The notes beneath the pieces were generated by a model, which saw nothing but the letters and a program-made list of their open reading frames with translations, was not told the DNA's origin and made no database searches. A stretch of 64,000 bases of DNA from Amphiscolops sp. MND2022 (taxonomy: Eukaryota), in contig OZ076409.1 in the NCBI GenBank assembly GCA_964187785.1, positions 60,142,001 to 60,206,000 on the forward strand. The letters are read 5' to 3'. Shown here in pieces: positions 36,833 to 51,219 of the stretch (position 1 is its first letter; the number at the start of each line of letters is the position of its first letter). The position numbers were made by a program, and so were the translations under genes.

Positions 36833-39005
36833 TGTCACGACCCGCTCCCAGTCGAGATTTTACATGCTGCTCAGGAGTTGCAGGCTTTGGACGAGGACGT
36901 GGCCGAGGTTATTATAAATACTAAACTGAAACTAAACTTTGCAAAGTTAAACTAATTCTACTTACAGTACAACCAAAATTAATCGTAGATAACTTTCTAG
37001 AAGTGAAGTCCAACGTAAGACTTACGGAATATTTTCAGAAAAGATTTAGGATTAGCCAAATTTCCGGTTTAATGTTTCCATGCGTAACGCTACTTTCATT
37101 TCCGGAATCGTCTTCTGAATTTTGTCACACTAATCTAAATACTGAAACAGAAACAATTTCCAATTGGGATCATTCTTTTTTTGTCCCACACTAAAATGAA
37201 AACACCAAAAATAATATTTATCTCCGAGATCCCAACGGAGTGCATACGATCTAAAATGAAAAACATAGAAAGTATAGGGGAGTTATTTCTCCAGTATTAG
37301 AGCAGTTATCAATATTCACTTACAGCCTCGGTCAAGTGATTTTAAGCAAATGTTTACAACGTTATGACAGCGTCACTCAACTGAGCTAATACTAGGTGTT
37401 TCTATTTATACGGACCAATAGCGTCACTTTTCAAATGAGCTATTTAGGCTTGCGCTGATAGAATTGAGCTCAGTTGCCCCTAGAAACGCCAATTAGCTAA
37501 GAGAAAGAAAATGAATTCGCCTACGCGCTCCGCTTTCTCTCCGACGGCCTCCGCAGCTCAGCTATAACTAATCTTAATACGTACGGAGCGACTACGAAGC
37601 GGATTGTAGAACTGTAAAGATGAAGTATTGGTACAAAAGGAATTATGACAAAATCTCCCTTTTTGAATTGACGCATTTGAGTGATCTTTGGAATAAGACT
37701 TCACATGAAGAAAAGTTGTACTGTAAGAAAAACTGAAGAACTAATTTGATGCTACCAAATGTAAAATACAGTTGACTTACTTCGCATTTTACTCATCAAC
37801 AAAACAATGTCGATTGAATAGCTTCATTTTATAGGCGATACCAAGTGGTAATGAAATTGGGAAATGCAACGTAAGATCAGCGCACTTTCCAAATGCCTAC
37901 CTATAGTTCCTTGTATTTGTAACACTGCAATAATCACGAATCGCTATCCGCTTAATACCAGTCCGTTGCTAGTCTTGATAAGTGGAAACTTTTACACGAT
38001 GCTCTCAATTTCTACAGAAATGATGTCTTATACAAACGGATTGTTCCCGTTGTAAATGCTAATGTTTTGTCTTTTAATCCATACTGGTTCTAAAGGTATG
38101 GTGAATGTTCGTTTAAGTTATTGATTGTAATAGGCCGTTTCAGCATCGTTTGTTCCTTTCCAATATTTTAAGTATTCCCCATTTTTGAATCCCTTCACTC
38201 CGTTTCATTTTCGTCAATACTTTTGAGCGTCATAATTTTGCTTCGAACATCGATTTCCTAACTTGGGAAGTGATTAATTGAACACGCCGGCGTTCTCTAG
38301 TCGATGAAAATTTCAACTAGACTTTTATTTTGCGTATTACGGAACAACAAGTATTACGGAACATCGACGCAACTAGAAATTTTGATACCTGATTTAGTGA
38401 CGCGGGGCTGAAATAATTTGAATCATAAGCTCTTTTTGATGAACAAACCCGATTTTTAAGATACCTAGGAATTTTTAGAAAGGGAACAAATGATGCTGGA
38501 AGGGTAGAAATATGTTAGGTTTTCATGTAAATTCAGTTAGTTTTCTGCGATATCACACTGTTCAAATTGTTCTGTTTCAACAACAATTTTCTTCGAAGAA
38601 TTCAATTTTGCCGAAGTCTTTGAATCTTCAATCTGAAAGATGACTACTAGAAGCCAGAAGAGATGAGCCATTGCTGAGTTAGCCTCAGGAGAGTTTGAGA
38701 CCTCAGAATCCGAGAAAATCCCGTCCGGTGATTTAATTGCAAGTTCTAGTAAAGCTCCCAGAGCTCGGCCTAAAAATCTAAACGCGATAAAAACTTCTCT
38801 GAGAAAAGAAATTCTAGCTGATCTAACAAAAATATTAGCTGAGAATCAAAAGGAAATGCTCAAACTAATAGCACCTTTGAGTAAAAAACGTCCCATCTGT
38901 ACCAACGATCAGCGATCTGATTCTGAACCGTTGCGAGAACGTCAACACCTGTTAAAACAACAACTGCGACTAGCTCTAGAACTACCCCAGTAAACAGTCG
39001 TAACA
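36833..39005 (+). repeat. 3' LTR (2173 bp)
   Basis: Collinear with 22866-25109. Preceded by the PPT and followed by TSD CCTGG. Confidence 0.95.
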
Positions 39006-40101
39006 CCTGGATCTATAAAACATGAAAAACCTATCTCATTGACCACGTTATGCTACCTTTCAGCCGGCTAAGCCGGGTGCTGTTTTGTTTAAAGTTTCCA
39101 GTAGTTTAGACTAAAGTTGAACCCATCCCAGCCATCTTCGAACGTTTTTAAGCGTTGACAACAATAAGTGTCGACGTTTTTTGTATCCAGTTTTAGTTTA
39201 GAGATTTAATTTTTGAGAAAAAAATGCAGAGAAAAGTGCTTTCAAAATAAGCCGAGATTTCGTTGTTGTTCTCTTTTACTGTTCGGCGGTGATTTTCGAA
39301 AGTTCTCTTGACTGTAAAATCAACCAATTTTGACCATTTTTTGTAAGATGGGTCGTTTTTTCTAACTCTGATTTCGAATATTGCCGATTTCATGGCAAAG
39401 TTTTGCAGAGCTGCTTATCCTCCAGCGGATTTCCAACGAACATTTTGTCAAAAATTAACTGCTATCGAAAATTTCAGCTAAAAATGCACGTTGGTATCCC
39501 AATATTTCAAGGTAGGGAATTTCAATCTAGGGCATAGCCGATAGTTTCAGGTCTGATCAATCTTCTAATGTTTAGATTTGTCAGAAAAACATCATTCGGA
39601 GAGCCTTGTGAAGGAGCTGTCTTTTTGGAGGAAACGCCAAGCTACAAGAATGCAATATGAACGTTGTGGAAAATGTTTGAGTTGAACTGTCGTAAGCAGT
39701 CAGAGTTGATAGGAAAATGTGATTCTCATACCTTTTCTTTAAAAATTGGATTGCAAAACAAAAAGCATCAACGGACACTGCTTTGAAGTTAATTGATAGT
39801 TTATCACTGAAACATTTTGCCAAGTTTTAGATTTCATGCGTTTTTTGTCTTGGTAAATCAAGTACTTACTAAAAGGGCATTTACTGTTTTTCGCCGCCTG
39901 AGAATTTACAATAATCATTCACGAGGTGCTGCAACTTGATATAGCCTTTGTCAGTCGTTCAAAAGTACAAGTATAGATCGTTTCAAAAATTTCGCGAGAC
40001 TAGAACTAATTAATTTGTTAATGACGTCATCCATAACTCTAAATAATCTTATCTGTTGGACTATAGATTTGAAAAACTAAAGAGTCAGCATATTGAGTTC
40101 G

Positions 40102-41000
40102 TACCCGTACTGAGACTCCATTCAATCCCATCGATGGGCATCGCAATTTTTTCTGATGGGCATCGATGGCCCATCGATGGGATTTGAATCATCTCCCAGC
40201 GCATGGGGACACTTGTGGAGCATTTTAGGGTTAATTATATCTAATTTTAACCTACTCTCATTTCCTTTTGAGCCTGAGTAAGCTTTCTCGAGCCTGGAAA
40301 TCACTTATTTCGGAGCCTTGTCCTTGAATTGTTTGAAAAAAATTGAAGACCTGGCAAAATTGCAATTATTCGCATAAAAATGCGACGAAACCGAGCTTCC
40401 ATTGCTGAGAAAACCATCTGCTTGTAAGAAGAAAAAAGATCTGGAATATGCAGAAATTTGACTCTTAAAGTACGTTTTTGTATCAAAAAATTTGGTGTTT
40501 TTTTCTTGGAAAATCAACAGAATCCGGTTTTTCATAAAGACAAATAATATTGATAACTGTGTATAACTTCATTTCCGAATAAAACATTTGGGCATCATCG
40601 AAATCCCAAACAAAGCTTAAATAGACTGACAAACTTTACTGGCGAGACTTTTGTTGAAATTTTGAACATGGCCAAGTCGAACGAATTTTTTGACCGAAAA
40701 TTTTGATTCCCATCGATGGGTCATCGATGGTCCTTTGATGACCCATCGATGGCATCATCATTAGAAAAACCTCATCGATGCCCATCTGACGCTTGATTCG
40801 TTTTGCGAGTACAGATTTTCGACCCAATTTGACTTTTCTTTCTGTCAGACCGCCTAATACCTCGCTTCAGGATTCCTCTAAGTGTTGACTCGGAAATCGA
40901 GAAAATCTGAGCAATTGCTGAGTTTGCATAATCCGGGTTTGCATCTTTAAAATGGTATATCAATTTTGCAAGGGCGTCAGATGCGCGTTTGCCTCACGTC
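40102..41000 (-). mobile_element. pogo/Tc1-like DNA transposon remnant with HTH fragment
   Basis: Terminus TA-CCCGTACTGAG (40102-40114); subterminal CCCATCGATGGG palindromes; minus ORF 40772-40963 ANSAIAQIFSISESTLRGILKR resembles a psq/CENP-B-type HTH. Far boundary not seen. Confidence 0.55.
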
Positions 41001-43599
41001 GTTGCAGAAATTGATGCGATAGCATCACTTGCTAAAAGACTGGTACCTAGTCTCGCGAACTTTTTGAAACGATCTATACATTGAAAGGAGCTCCCGGTAT
41101 ATCTTCAACAAAATCTGACATGTTTGTTTGCTATCAATTTTGACGATTGACAGGTCCCAAACCTTTTCTTCAATTAACGTTTTAAATGATTTAGTTAAAG
41201 TTTCGGACGGAAAAGGTTTCTCAGGTAGCTCACAGGCAAACAAAAATTGAAGCATTGAGAGGTAAACAAGACGCCTGAAACCAACGGGACATTTTCCGCT
41301 CCTCATTGTCCTACTGATTTTGAGGACATGATTTTGAGGTTCAGATTAGCCAATGAACTATCAAAATGCAAAAAAAGTTAGAGGAATAAAAATTTTGTCA
41401 CTATTTGATTCATCTTACTCCATTTAAGCCAACGCCTGATTCAAAAATACGCTCATTACCGAAATGTTCAGTTGCTGAAATAATTTATACCAATACCTAT
41501 CCTACCTTGAAAAATTTATATACACAAAACAATACTAAAAATTTCAACAACTGGAGACTTTTAAAATTTTTGACTATGTTGGGTCATTTCGACTCACGAA
41601 ACTGAAAATATCGCATTCAAAATGCCTACTGGATACCGCTTCAATCGATGGTGAATGTTTGCAATGTGTGCAATGTGTGAAATTTGCATGGAAACGTCTT
41701 CTGCATGAAAACACTTTTGGATTTTGAGGAGTATTTCTACGTTTTTTTCCACCTGGAAAACTGCGATAATTCTTTAAAAGTCCTGCTGCATAGATAATCA
41801 TTTGGTTTGGAGCCTAGTGAAGAATAAATATCAAACAAGAAAGTCAAAACAAAGATTTTTGATTTTAGTATGTTTTTGAGGCTGATTTTAGCAAGAATTT
41901 GCTTTTTACCTTCAGAGACGACTATTAGATACCGGGTAAAGTCGTTAGTAATGATTCAAATTGTTGTATACCGCGGAATTGCTAAAAAGTAAAGTTTTGC
42001 AAAAAAGCTGCATAAAACCTTCAAAAACGTGAAAATTCATGTTTTGGATAAAACTGAGGATTTCTTTCTTCCACTAAAAACTGCAAACCTTTTGTGAAGC
42101 CTACAGCAAACCTATTCGTATCGTCGAAATCTTTTTTTATACGTTCCAATGAAAATTATTCAAAAAAAACGAAAACAGTAAAACTTTGAAGTTTTCAGTT
42201 AATTCGCGGATTTTTGAGGGAACTTTGTTAAACGAAACTGCATTGTTTCCATCGAGTCCGTTTGGTACCAAATCTTTTCAATGCTGAAGGTTTCTATTGT
42301 ACTAGCACACGAACATTTCCGACCACATCACAGAATTTGATAAATTAAAACGTCGAAATATGGCAACGTTTGGATTTTGATTGTTTCGGTCAAATGGTTT
42401 GGTATTGTTTTTCCTAAAAAACTGTCAACTTTCGTTTGAAAGTCTTACTGTCTGGCAAGAAGTGTTTTTTGAAGCTTGATAAACCTTCTAATTTACCAAC
42501 ATTAAATTAATCAAAAATGACCAAAAATCTACAAAATGGAAACATTGATTTTTTCGACTTTTATGTCATTTGAAAAATTATCCTTCAGAAGCATGCGGAT
42601 CTCACTTCCAGAACCATTTCAATTGCCTACTTGAGAACCATTGTATTCGTTTTTGAACGTTTTTGTCATTCCTAATACGAAACGTTTCAATTGGTCCACA
42701 AGTTCATCGATTTTTCGTATCATTTGAAGTCAATCTAAAATGTTTTTGAAGCAAAAGACTGCAACTTTCTCTTCAAAAAGTGTGCTACATGGCTTGTTAT
42801 CTCCTCCTCGAACATTTTGAAACCTCTAACACAAGAAAGAGTCAATTTTCGAAGTCAATTTGAAAAACTTTCTAAGGAAAATGTTGTTCGGTCTTCACAA
42901 AACCGTGTCTCAAACAATTTTTTCTTTTGAACGTTTTACCGATCATGATCCACGAACTAAATTGAAAAAGTGACGAAAATTGTATAAAATCTTTTGAATG
43001 ACTCGTAATTCTGTCAAAATTTGAACTTAAGATAAATCAGCATCACTAGGGAGAGTGAAGCTTTCCCGTATTAGAGAGGTGAAAATAATATACAAAGTCA
43101 ATAAGTCAAAATGTAAATTAAGTGAAGTGGTGGTCATCCATCATTGATGACAATGTTAGTGAAGACAAATCATTTGATAAGTTACTTATTCGCGCCATGT
43201 TGGAGTCTCAAATAGCACTGCGGTATCAGCTATGAAGTTGAAAAGCTCATGAAATGAAGTTATGCAAGGTCAAAGAAACATAATATTTCCTTTGAATCTG
43301 TGAAAAGGAAATTATAAAAAGTATGACATTAATTTTCGAAATACTAATAAATAAGGGCACTGTATCGAAATTCTGCCACAAAACGTTTATGGGGCTAAGT
43401 GGGGCGTTTATGGGGTATAATGGTTGTTCCACCATGTGGGTGGAATAAACGCTCTCACTTGACGTTTTGAAAAAAACTATTAAAAATATTGAAATTTATG
43501 TTTAATGTTAAAAAACTATTTTTCACAAGAGGAAGAAAGATTATCGAACTCCACTTCCTACAAATTTTAGTCCTCGGTATGGGGATTGCATTCCGCACT

Positions 43600-44400
43600 A
43601 ACTGCGTTGCTTGAATCGCTGTCTTATTAGGAGAAGTTCCAAAGTTCAGATGTTAAAGTTGATCTCTGGCGCCTACATTGCCGGCCCTGTTTTCGTCGGG
43701 AAAACACTCGTAATATAGAGGCGCCAGTTTCATCACAGATCGTTGCAGCTCACCCATATATGTCCTGATATTCGCAGATCTGATTACTCCATCGGACCAA
43801 GAATACTTTTCCAATACTTTGGCCATTTGAAAGAATGTTTTCCTAAAAAATTCGTTCACAAGTCATACCAAGTTTCAAATTTTGAGCGTCCGGTGGTGAC
43901 TTGTGCCATTTGGAACGCACATTGCACTGAGGCAGATATCCGTTCGATCAGCGTTTTCATATCATCTCAATTTACTCTTGTGCCACTTTTATACAACCTT
44001 CGTCAATCGACACTTCAGCTAGCATCAGTGATTAGAGGCTGTGAGATACTTGAAGAGTCAGTCCTTTTGAACGCAATATAAAATACATCGCCTTCTTACA
44101 ACTGCGAACTAGTCTTTCCCAAACACCACCTTTCACTCTATACGTTGGTGAGCCAAACGATTGTGGATAGCTGACTGATTCCATTTCTTTGCTAGTTCGT
44201 TGAATTCACGAGCAGAACCCACGAAATTAGGACGATTGTCGCTAATAAACATATGAGGTCTTACTCGTCTGGCCTTGAATTGCGTGATAGCCACCATACA
44301 AGCGTCGGTATCCAGTGCGTCACCCACTTCGATGTGAACTGCTCGTGTGGTCTAGCATGTGAATGAACAACACCAATACTTGACAGTTGTTTGCAGCAAT
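43600..44400 (-). pseudogene. BEL/Pao integrase and 3' end remnant
   Basis: VHIEVGDALDTDACMVAITQFKARR..ISDNRPNFVGSA; DGVIRSANIRT..QRSVMKLAPL; then PPT-like AAAACAGGGCCGGCAA and TGT (LTR start at 43677). Confidence 0.85.
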
Positions 44401-45059
44401 TTGACTAGGATCAAGACTCAATGAAATACACGAGTGAATGTCTGAGTTTGTCTTAAAACTTTTCAGTCAAGTTTATTATTATCAAACAGTTGGTTTTAGG
44501 ATTTAAACATTAAAGAAGATGTGAAAAGGTAGTTTTAGAATTTTGATTAAAGGTTAACATCAAGTTGTATGTCGAGTTTTCATCAAGTTGTAATTATTCT
44601 TTCCTTACTTGAGTTTCCGGGGTTTTCAAATTTTTAGCTTGGGACAGATTGAAAGGACGGAAGAAGTTATTGATTGAATTACAATGAGGTTTCGAAAAGT
44701 GTAGGGATTTGAATACGTTTAATTTTGATTTTACATGTTATTTTTTCGGAAACTTAGGTTTGATCATTTGAAATGTTATACAATTTTAGCTTTGTGTGTT
44801 CCTTGGGGGTTTTTGAAGATTGCGGATGGAGTTGACAGTGATTGACAAGTGAAGGAGTGGCGGAGAAGGAAGAAGAGTGGTGTAAAAAGAGCAAAGAAAA
44901 TTTGTTGGCGGCCTTGTTGACAAACATGAAGCTTTATGAGACGAAGATTTGCAGTTCTCATTTCAACTTATGCATTAATCTCATGCGTCTTTTCGTACAC
45001 ACTGAATTAAAATATGATTTGCGAGCTTCATTGGCAAGAAGGCGGCCTGATTAAAGTCA

Positions 45060-46320
45060 TAACAGAAAACATATTAGGATGTGACACTAATTGAGAGTTA
45101 ATTCGTGAAAAGCTCTAGATGTTAATGCTCACATATTTCTTTGGAAACCTTAGTAAAAGAATCTGCGAATTGAGAATTGGTTGATTACCATTTTAATTCC
45201 TTGATGATAGTGTTGTCGGTAAGAGATCTGAAATCAGTTATCTCGATGCGAAGGCGCTTTTATTTCACAAGACGTGTTAGATATACAGAGTCAACTAAAG
45301 ATTTGCTCTCTTTAAAACAATATATTGGAAAACGAACACAAGCAATTTCATTGATTAAAGAGTGATGAAACATTGCGGCCTCTGCTGCATTGACCATTGC
45401 AATCGTTTTTGCGCAAAATGTACTCCGCCTAACACTTTGAGAACGCCAATACAACAATACCTTGTACTCTCCAGCTGTCAAAAAGATAATACAGCACGCT
45501 TGGGTCCCTGGAACCTCGAGATTATTAATTAGGGAGTCCGAGTAAACATGGATCACCCAATTAGGTACAGTTACAAGATCAGACAACAGCAATCAGCTGA
45601 ACTGTTCCGTGGCTTTCAACAATCTAATCAATTTATTCGCAGCGACAAATTCTGAAAGTAAGTGTCCTTGTTCTCGACGCCGATAAGAGGCAAATTGTTT
45701 GAAAAACAGACAGGTCTGGTCCGGGTGGCAATTCAGTTATTTTTCCCTAATAATTTGCAAAAACCACTGCTTTCTTTGCGTGATGATGTTGGACTGGGGA
45801 CAAAATCTCGATCAAACAGTCAGTGTATGACTTCATGCTGAGGCATAAACATTTATCAGATTTTGAAACATGGAAGCCCAGATAGATGAATGGCAGTTCC
45901 TCAATACATTCACAGTCCAAAACATCAGATGTCCAAAGTTGTGTCATCTTTAAAGTAAAAAACGCAATGATCAAATTCAGATACTGAACAAGCTGCAGAT
46001 TTTAACTCTACCTTTACCGTTTCGTACCTGTGTCTGGCAGCATCTGCAAGAACATACACAAATCGATTCATCTTCCCTTATTCATTGTCCACAGTCCTTG
46101 CTTCGACTGGAGGCTTGATAAGCACTTCAACCCGGAGAGCAGTCCCTGAGAAAAAGCCGTTCGTATTTCAACAGCGCAACTTTGCCTACCATTTCATTGT
46201 GAAACAAGAGTTTAAATGCTGAACGCATCCCTCGAGCAAGTGCGAAAATCGCGAAAAGCTCAAACTTCTTAACTCCTGAATAATTTTCCTGAGAACACCC
46301 AAACATGGCATTCTCCTCCT
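45060..46320 (-). pseudogene. Ty1/Copia (GalEa-like) RT-RNase H remnant
   Basis: IRTAFSQG, VLIKPPVEA, FVYVLADAAR, FIYLGFHV; RNase H LYWRSQSVRRSTFCAKTIAM..SKSLVDSV..KRLRIEI. Confidence 0.75.
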
Positions 46321-47123
46321 CAGGATCATCTGCAGTTAAGTGCGATAATTTGCTCTTATCAACACAATCTAAGGCGCCAGCAAATAATTCAGGACTTTTC
46401 TATTTGACGTTTCACCAATTTTTCTGTACACAGCTCGACTTTCCTCCTCCTCTTCTGATTAATGCTGAAAAAGTTTGTCCCTCAAAACCTGGTTTCTCTG
46501 AAACTAACTGTATAATTCTAGCAACTTTAATGGCGTGAGAAGGTGGAGCGTGAAGAGGCACTTCTTTATGTGTGGTACAACAGACGAATCATCTCCGGTA
46601 ATACATTTGCATTCTTCGGTTTCTGAATCTCCAATTCTGTGTCTGACAGCTTATTTGTATCAACGATTGAACATGTATTAGGTGTTTCATTGTCATTATC
46701 TTTGTAATAAGCAGTTGGCGCAGTATCGGCTACTATATTCGACTTTGCAAGGGTGCGATGAACCAATCTCTGAGCCTCGTTCTATGTACTTTTATGAACC
46801 TCCGTTTTGAACAAAAATTACTGCACTGTCAGATCCGATTACAACCCCTGGTCATCTCCCTTAGTCTTCATTGTCACAATTGTAGTACACTTGATCTCTA
46901 TCAAAGCTCTGACGTCGTTTTTGGCTTGCAACGCAGGTGGTTCGTTGGTCAACACTGACGGACGCAAGGCATTGGCCTCAAATAGCAATTGGAATGGTGA
47001 GCACAAATCTGTGTTTGACAAGTTACTCTTAGCATGAACGGCAAACTGAAGTAAAGTCTGATCCGAAAATTTGACAAAAGGGTTGTCCCGTAGACGTAGT
47101 CTTCCCGTAAACGTCTTCCCGTA

Positions 47124-47640
47124 TTCTCATGGTAGCAGGTTGTCACCGACATGTACAAATTTCAAGACACCACCGGTGTGGAACTCGGATGCAACATTAG
47201 AAAAATGGAAAATGAAAATTGAGATGTGGGATGCAATTGCCGAATTGGCGAAGGAAAAGCGCGGGCCAGTACTGGCGTTAACACTTGAAGGTGCTAAAAA
47301 GCAAGCTGTATTGAGTATACTATTGGAAAGTTTGGAAGTAGAAAATGGACTAGAGGCTTTGTTGAACAAGTTGAATGATACACTTCGGAAAGAAACGGCC
47401 GATGAACTTTATACATACTACGAACGTTTTGAGCGCATTTGTAGTGGATGTTACTCTATGGCTAGTTTCATTGTCGACTTTGAGCAACTTTACTCCAAAC
47501 TACAGCAACATGGTTTGAGATTACCAGATGAAAGACTGGTTTTTAAACAAAATTGTATGGTTCCGGTGTAGCAGATCGGGACCAAAAACTTGTATTATCC
47601 GCCTTATCAGACAATGGAATTCGAAAAAATGAAAAGATTG
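47124..47640 (+). pseudogene. Copia (GalEa-like) LTR end, PBS and gag N-terminus
   Basis: ..TCTCA|TGGTAGCAG (tRNA-iMet-type PBS, 47130), then PPVWNSDATLEKWKMKIEMW..EKRGPVLALTL..GLEALLNKL..YERFE..FIVDFEQLY. Confidence 0.7.
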
Positions 47641-47994
47641 AAGCGAATTTTGAACATATCACTCAAGTGAAAGACAAACCCACCTCCTGCTACCATGAGA
47701 ACACTAGGGTAGAACAAACTATATCGGTAAGACTGTATTTGATCCGGGCACGCACAAGATACTGAAACACAAGACAAAATGTAATAAACATTACGTCAAA
47801 ACGGCATTCAACTTCAAGTGTTCATCCATTACAAAATTTCTTGACTGCTCGTGTATAAAGATACTGGCTATCCAATTTATCAAGAACGGAGGCCCGCAGC
47901 CTTGCCGAATTTAAAAGTCGTGGGTGCTCTTTGGTGACCACTATCCCTCACTCAGTGTCATGGTGATAAATTTAGACCATAAATCTTTTCAAAT

Positions 47995-48300
47995 CAGGCG
48001 TCGTTCACTTGAAAAGAGTTCCTAAAATTTCATGGACCCTCCTAGCTGAAAACTTGATACCCAAAAATAATGATGTTTGTGGAACCGAGTCAAATATTGC
48101 CTTGTGGTGCTCATTGCTCTCCTCTCTAAGCTGCTTTTTGAAAACACCTTTTTTAATTCAGGCGTTGTTCACTTGAAATGAGTTCCTAACAATTCATGGA
48201 TCTTCCCAGCTGAAAACTTGACCAAACTTAATGATATTTGTGGAACCGAGTCAAATATTGCCTTGTGGTGCTGATTGCTCTCCTCTCGAAGCTGTTTTTT
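47995..48300. repeat. Tandem duplication, ~163-bp period
   Basis: TCAGGCG..GTTCACTTGAAA..GTGGAACCGAGTCAAATATTGCCTTGTGGTGCT..GCTCTCCTCTC at 47995-48140 and 48158-48300. Confidence 0.85.
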
Positions 48301-48499
48301 TTTGGAAAAATCACCTCGAGGAGGTAAACGTCAGAGGTCAACTCTCAGTGCCATTGTCAACAAACGTACTTTGGAAGGTGTCATTGAGAAAAAAAAACGA
48401 AACGCGAAAGAAAACAGTAACAGAAAAGCCTGTTAGATCAACGACTGCATTCCTTTTGCACTCAATCAGACGAAGGTAATGTTAAAGCCGGAATTAGAA

Positions 48500-50790
48500 C
48501 GGCAGTAAGCGACGACAAAATTGCAGATTTCACGGTCGACAACTACCCGGCCTTCAAGCCGAAACATCCACAGAGGGAAATTCGTTCTGTTCTGGACCCT
48601 ACAGTTATCGATTGTTTTTTAACTTCTGAGTTCTTCATCCACAAGTCTCTCACAGGTCATTCCCCAATGGCTCAAGTGCAGATTCGGATGGCATTTTGCC
48701 CAAAGTTTTGAAAGATTCAATTATAAGTCGAACCGGCGAACTGGACTGAATTTTCGCAGAGAGAATTTCTCTCAACAAATCTTGTCAATGTGATTCGCTA
48801 AGGAATAGTACCTTTCGAACTTCGACCGTACTTCTGTTATTCGATAATAATTGCGTTAAAAAACCCGATGGAAGACTTCGTCCTATCGCATCAGGCAATA
48901 AATTTAGCTGGTTGTCTGCAAAAAGTGCAGGATACTTTATCTCAAAATTACGTCAAGCCAGATACAAGTAGGTGTAGGAAGTCGACAAGAAGATGTGGAC
49001 ACCCAAAGGGGCGATGAATTGTTCGCCTCACATGTTTTCCGTTGTCTGATAGAAAACCCCCAGCACCAACAAATTTAATCTTGTAAATTGTCTTTGAAAA
49101 CGTTTTCAATTCGATAAACCGACAATTCTTGCTGGAGAATATGTTTGAAGTACATCCTGAAGTTTATAAGTACTCACACTTGGTGTATATTCAGCCAAAA
49201 TTTTTTAATGGTGATTCAGTAATCAAGTCTTGTGAAGGGGTGATTCCGCAGTTTTATTTTCGGATTCCGTTCAGGATCTGATTGACAGTTTGGAGTCGCA
49301 AATAAATTTTCGGTTCCACGACGATGTAAAATTAAGTGATGATTTCAAAGCTGTTTTGACCAATCTGAAAAACATGCTTAAGCGGAAAAAACGCTGGAGT
49401 TCAAACAATCCCACGAACCCACGAAAAAAAATTATTTCCTTGATGCCATCACTGAGAAACGACTATCGTCGCCTTTTGAATTTTTCCAAAAAATCAGACC
49501 TTGGATCACAACACCAACGAAAGATGATCCTAGTATTCTTGGTCCACCGCTCAGCTCGAAATCGCAGGCAGACCTTATGGAAAAAATGTTGAAATGGAAT
49601 TAATAGAAGTTAATGAAATTGTTGAAAAACTGGATGCGCACTATGTTTTTCACGTCAAAAAATTGAATAGTCTGCCAAAGTTGTTGTACTTCTTGAGAAC
49701 CACAATATGTTTTGATCATCCAGCTCTCTTGGAAGAGTAAGACAAACGCACACGGGCTTTCCAAATCTGTAACGTGAATTCCGACGATAATTTGAGTACT
49801 CAGCTGGATCTGCCTGATAAAATGGGCAGTCTTGGGGTTTCATCCGCATCAATAACAGTTTTTCTCGCTTTTTTTGCCTCAGGGTTTGGTACGAGTGACT
49901 TTATCGTGACAATTTTGTCGTAAAACTTCAAAAATGTTTAGTTCACTAAAACGATTGGGAAATGCCTGAGTTTGACGAATGAACAGGAAAGTCCTCTCGA
50001 TGGAACCCAGAAAATTGGACCCAACATGTCAACGTCAAAACTGCCCATGATTTGATTTCTCGAATGGATGACAAACGTTCGAAAATTTTTAACGCTCATC
50101 AATGCAAATTCTGGTCTCAGTGGCTAAAAGTTGTTCCTTGTAAAAACCTAGGCTTGAAACTTGATGATCAGCCGCTTCGGATTTGAATTGGTTTACGTCT
50201 CGGAGCCAACATCTGTGTTGCGCATTCGTGCCACTGTGATAAAAGAATTAAACAGGATGGTGTACACGGTCTTTCTTGCACCAAGAGTGCTAGTCGCTTC
50301 TCACGTCATGTTACTGGAACTTTTCTCATGAAGCTGACGTTGGTATTTCTCGACTTGCCTTGATTGCTCGAGACGCGTGGACTGTAGCGAACTAATGGCA
50401 AACGCCCCGACGGTGTCGCTATGATTCCATGGGAAATGGATGTGGGAAGTCACGATTGTGGGTGTTATTGCACCCAATCGCCTGAATCGAAGATCCTTCT
50501 GCAACCCTAGAACCACAGTCACTGAGGCAGAAGCGCGTAAACGTGAAAAGTATTGCAAGTTCGTGAACAATGGTTACAATATATCAACCGGTGACCTTAG
50601 AAGTACAGGGTTCTTAAGGCAGATCAGTGAAATTTTCACGAGTCTCTTTGAAAAGCTCCGTCCTTCAGACGACAATCAATGAGCTGGCAGGTTTTTGAAG
50701 CAACGGATCTCAATTGATTTTTCGATCGGCAATGCGGCCTGTGTTTTAGGAATTGTGAGCGACAGAGGTGTTTTTGAAGAAACCTATTAC
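48500..50790 (+). mobile_element. Decayed CRE-clade (RLE-type) non-LTR retrotransposon
   Basis: RT traces LRPIA.GN, QVGVG, NVFNSINR. C-terminal SQWLKVVPCKNLGLKLDD, GLRLGANICVAHSCHC..HGLSC..RH, GKRPDG..IPW, EAEARKREKY, FLKQRISI..GNAACVLG. Confidence 0.85.
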
Positions 50791-51219
50791 ATTGTCATTT
50801 TTTGTAAACCTGTATACCATTGCAGCTTTCCTAAATCTTGTTTCATCCGTTCGACTGGGATAATGGCTGGTCATAGTAGTTTGTTGGTTGTTTTTTGTTG
50901 TTACTGGTCTACTGTTGTTATTGTTGCGTATTTTTGGAGATAAACCTATTAAACAGTTTCAGCGAAACGTGCTCTACTCGAAGTGTCCATCCAGTCAAGA
51001 TGAAGATGAAGGCTCGTCACACCGGATTCAATGTACAGGAAAAAGGCAGAAGTGAAAGTGCTGTATGGCGTGGATCCGTATCTGGCTCCCAAAAACATAC
51101 CCATGGGATTCATGAATCGTCCTTTTTGTGTGACTTTTGTGCATCTTTTGAGGTTTGGGAGCTCCGTGAGAAGCAGTCCCAACACTCAATCCCCAATTCA
51201 TGGTGAACTTTCCTGCCGA

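Larger units (their letters stand above)
22866..39005 (+). mobile_element. Complete Ty3/Gypsy LTR retrotransposon (16.1 kb) with accessory gene cassette
   Basis: LTRs TGT...ACA at 22866-25109 and 36833-39005. Perfect 5-bp TSD CCTGG (22861-22865 / 39006-39010). PBS TGGTGACAG at 25110; PPT AAGAGGGG at 36822. Domain order gag-PR-RT-RH-IN. Confidence 0.97.
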
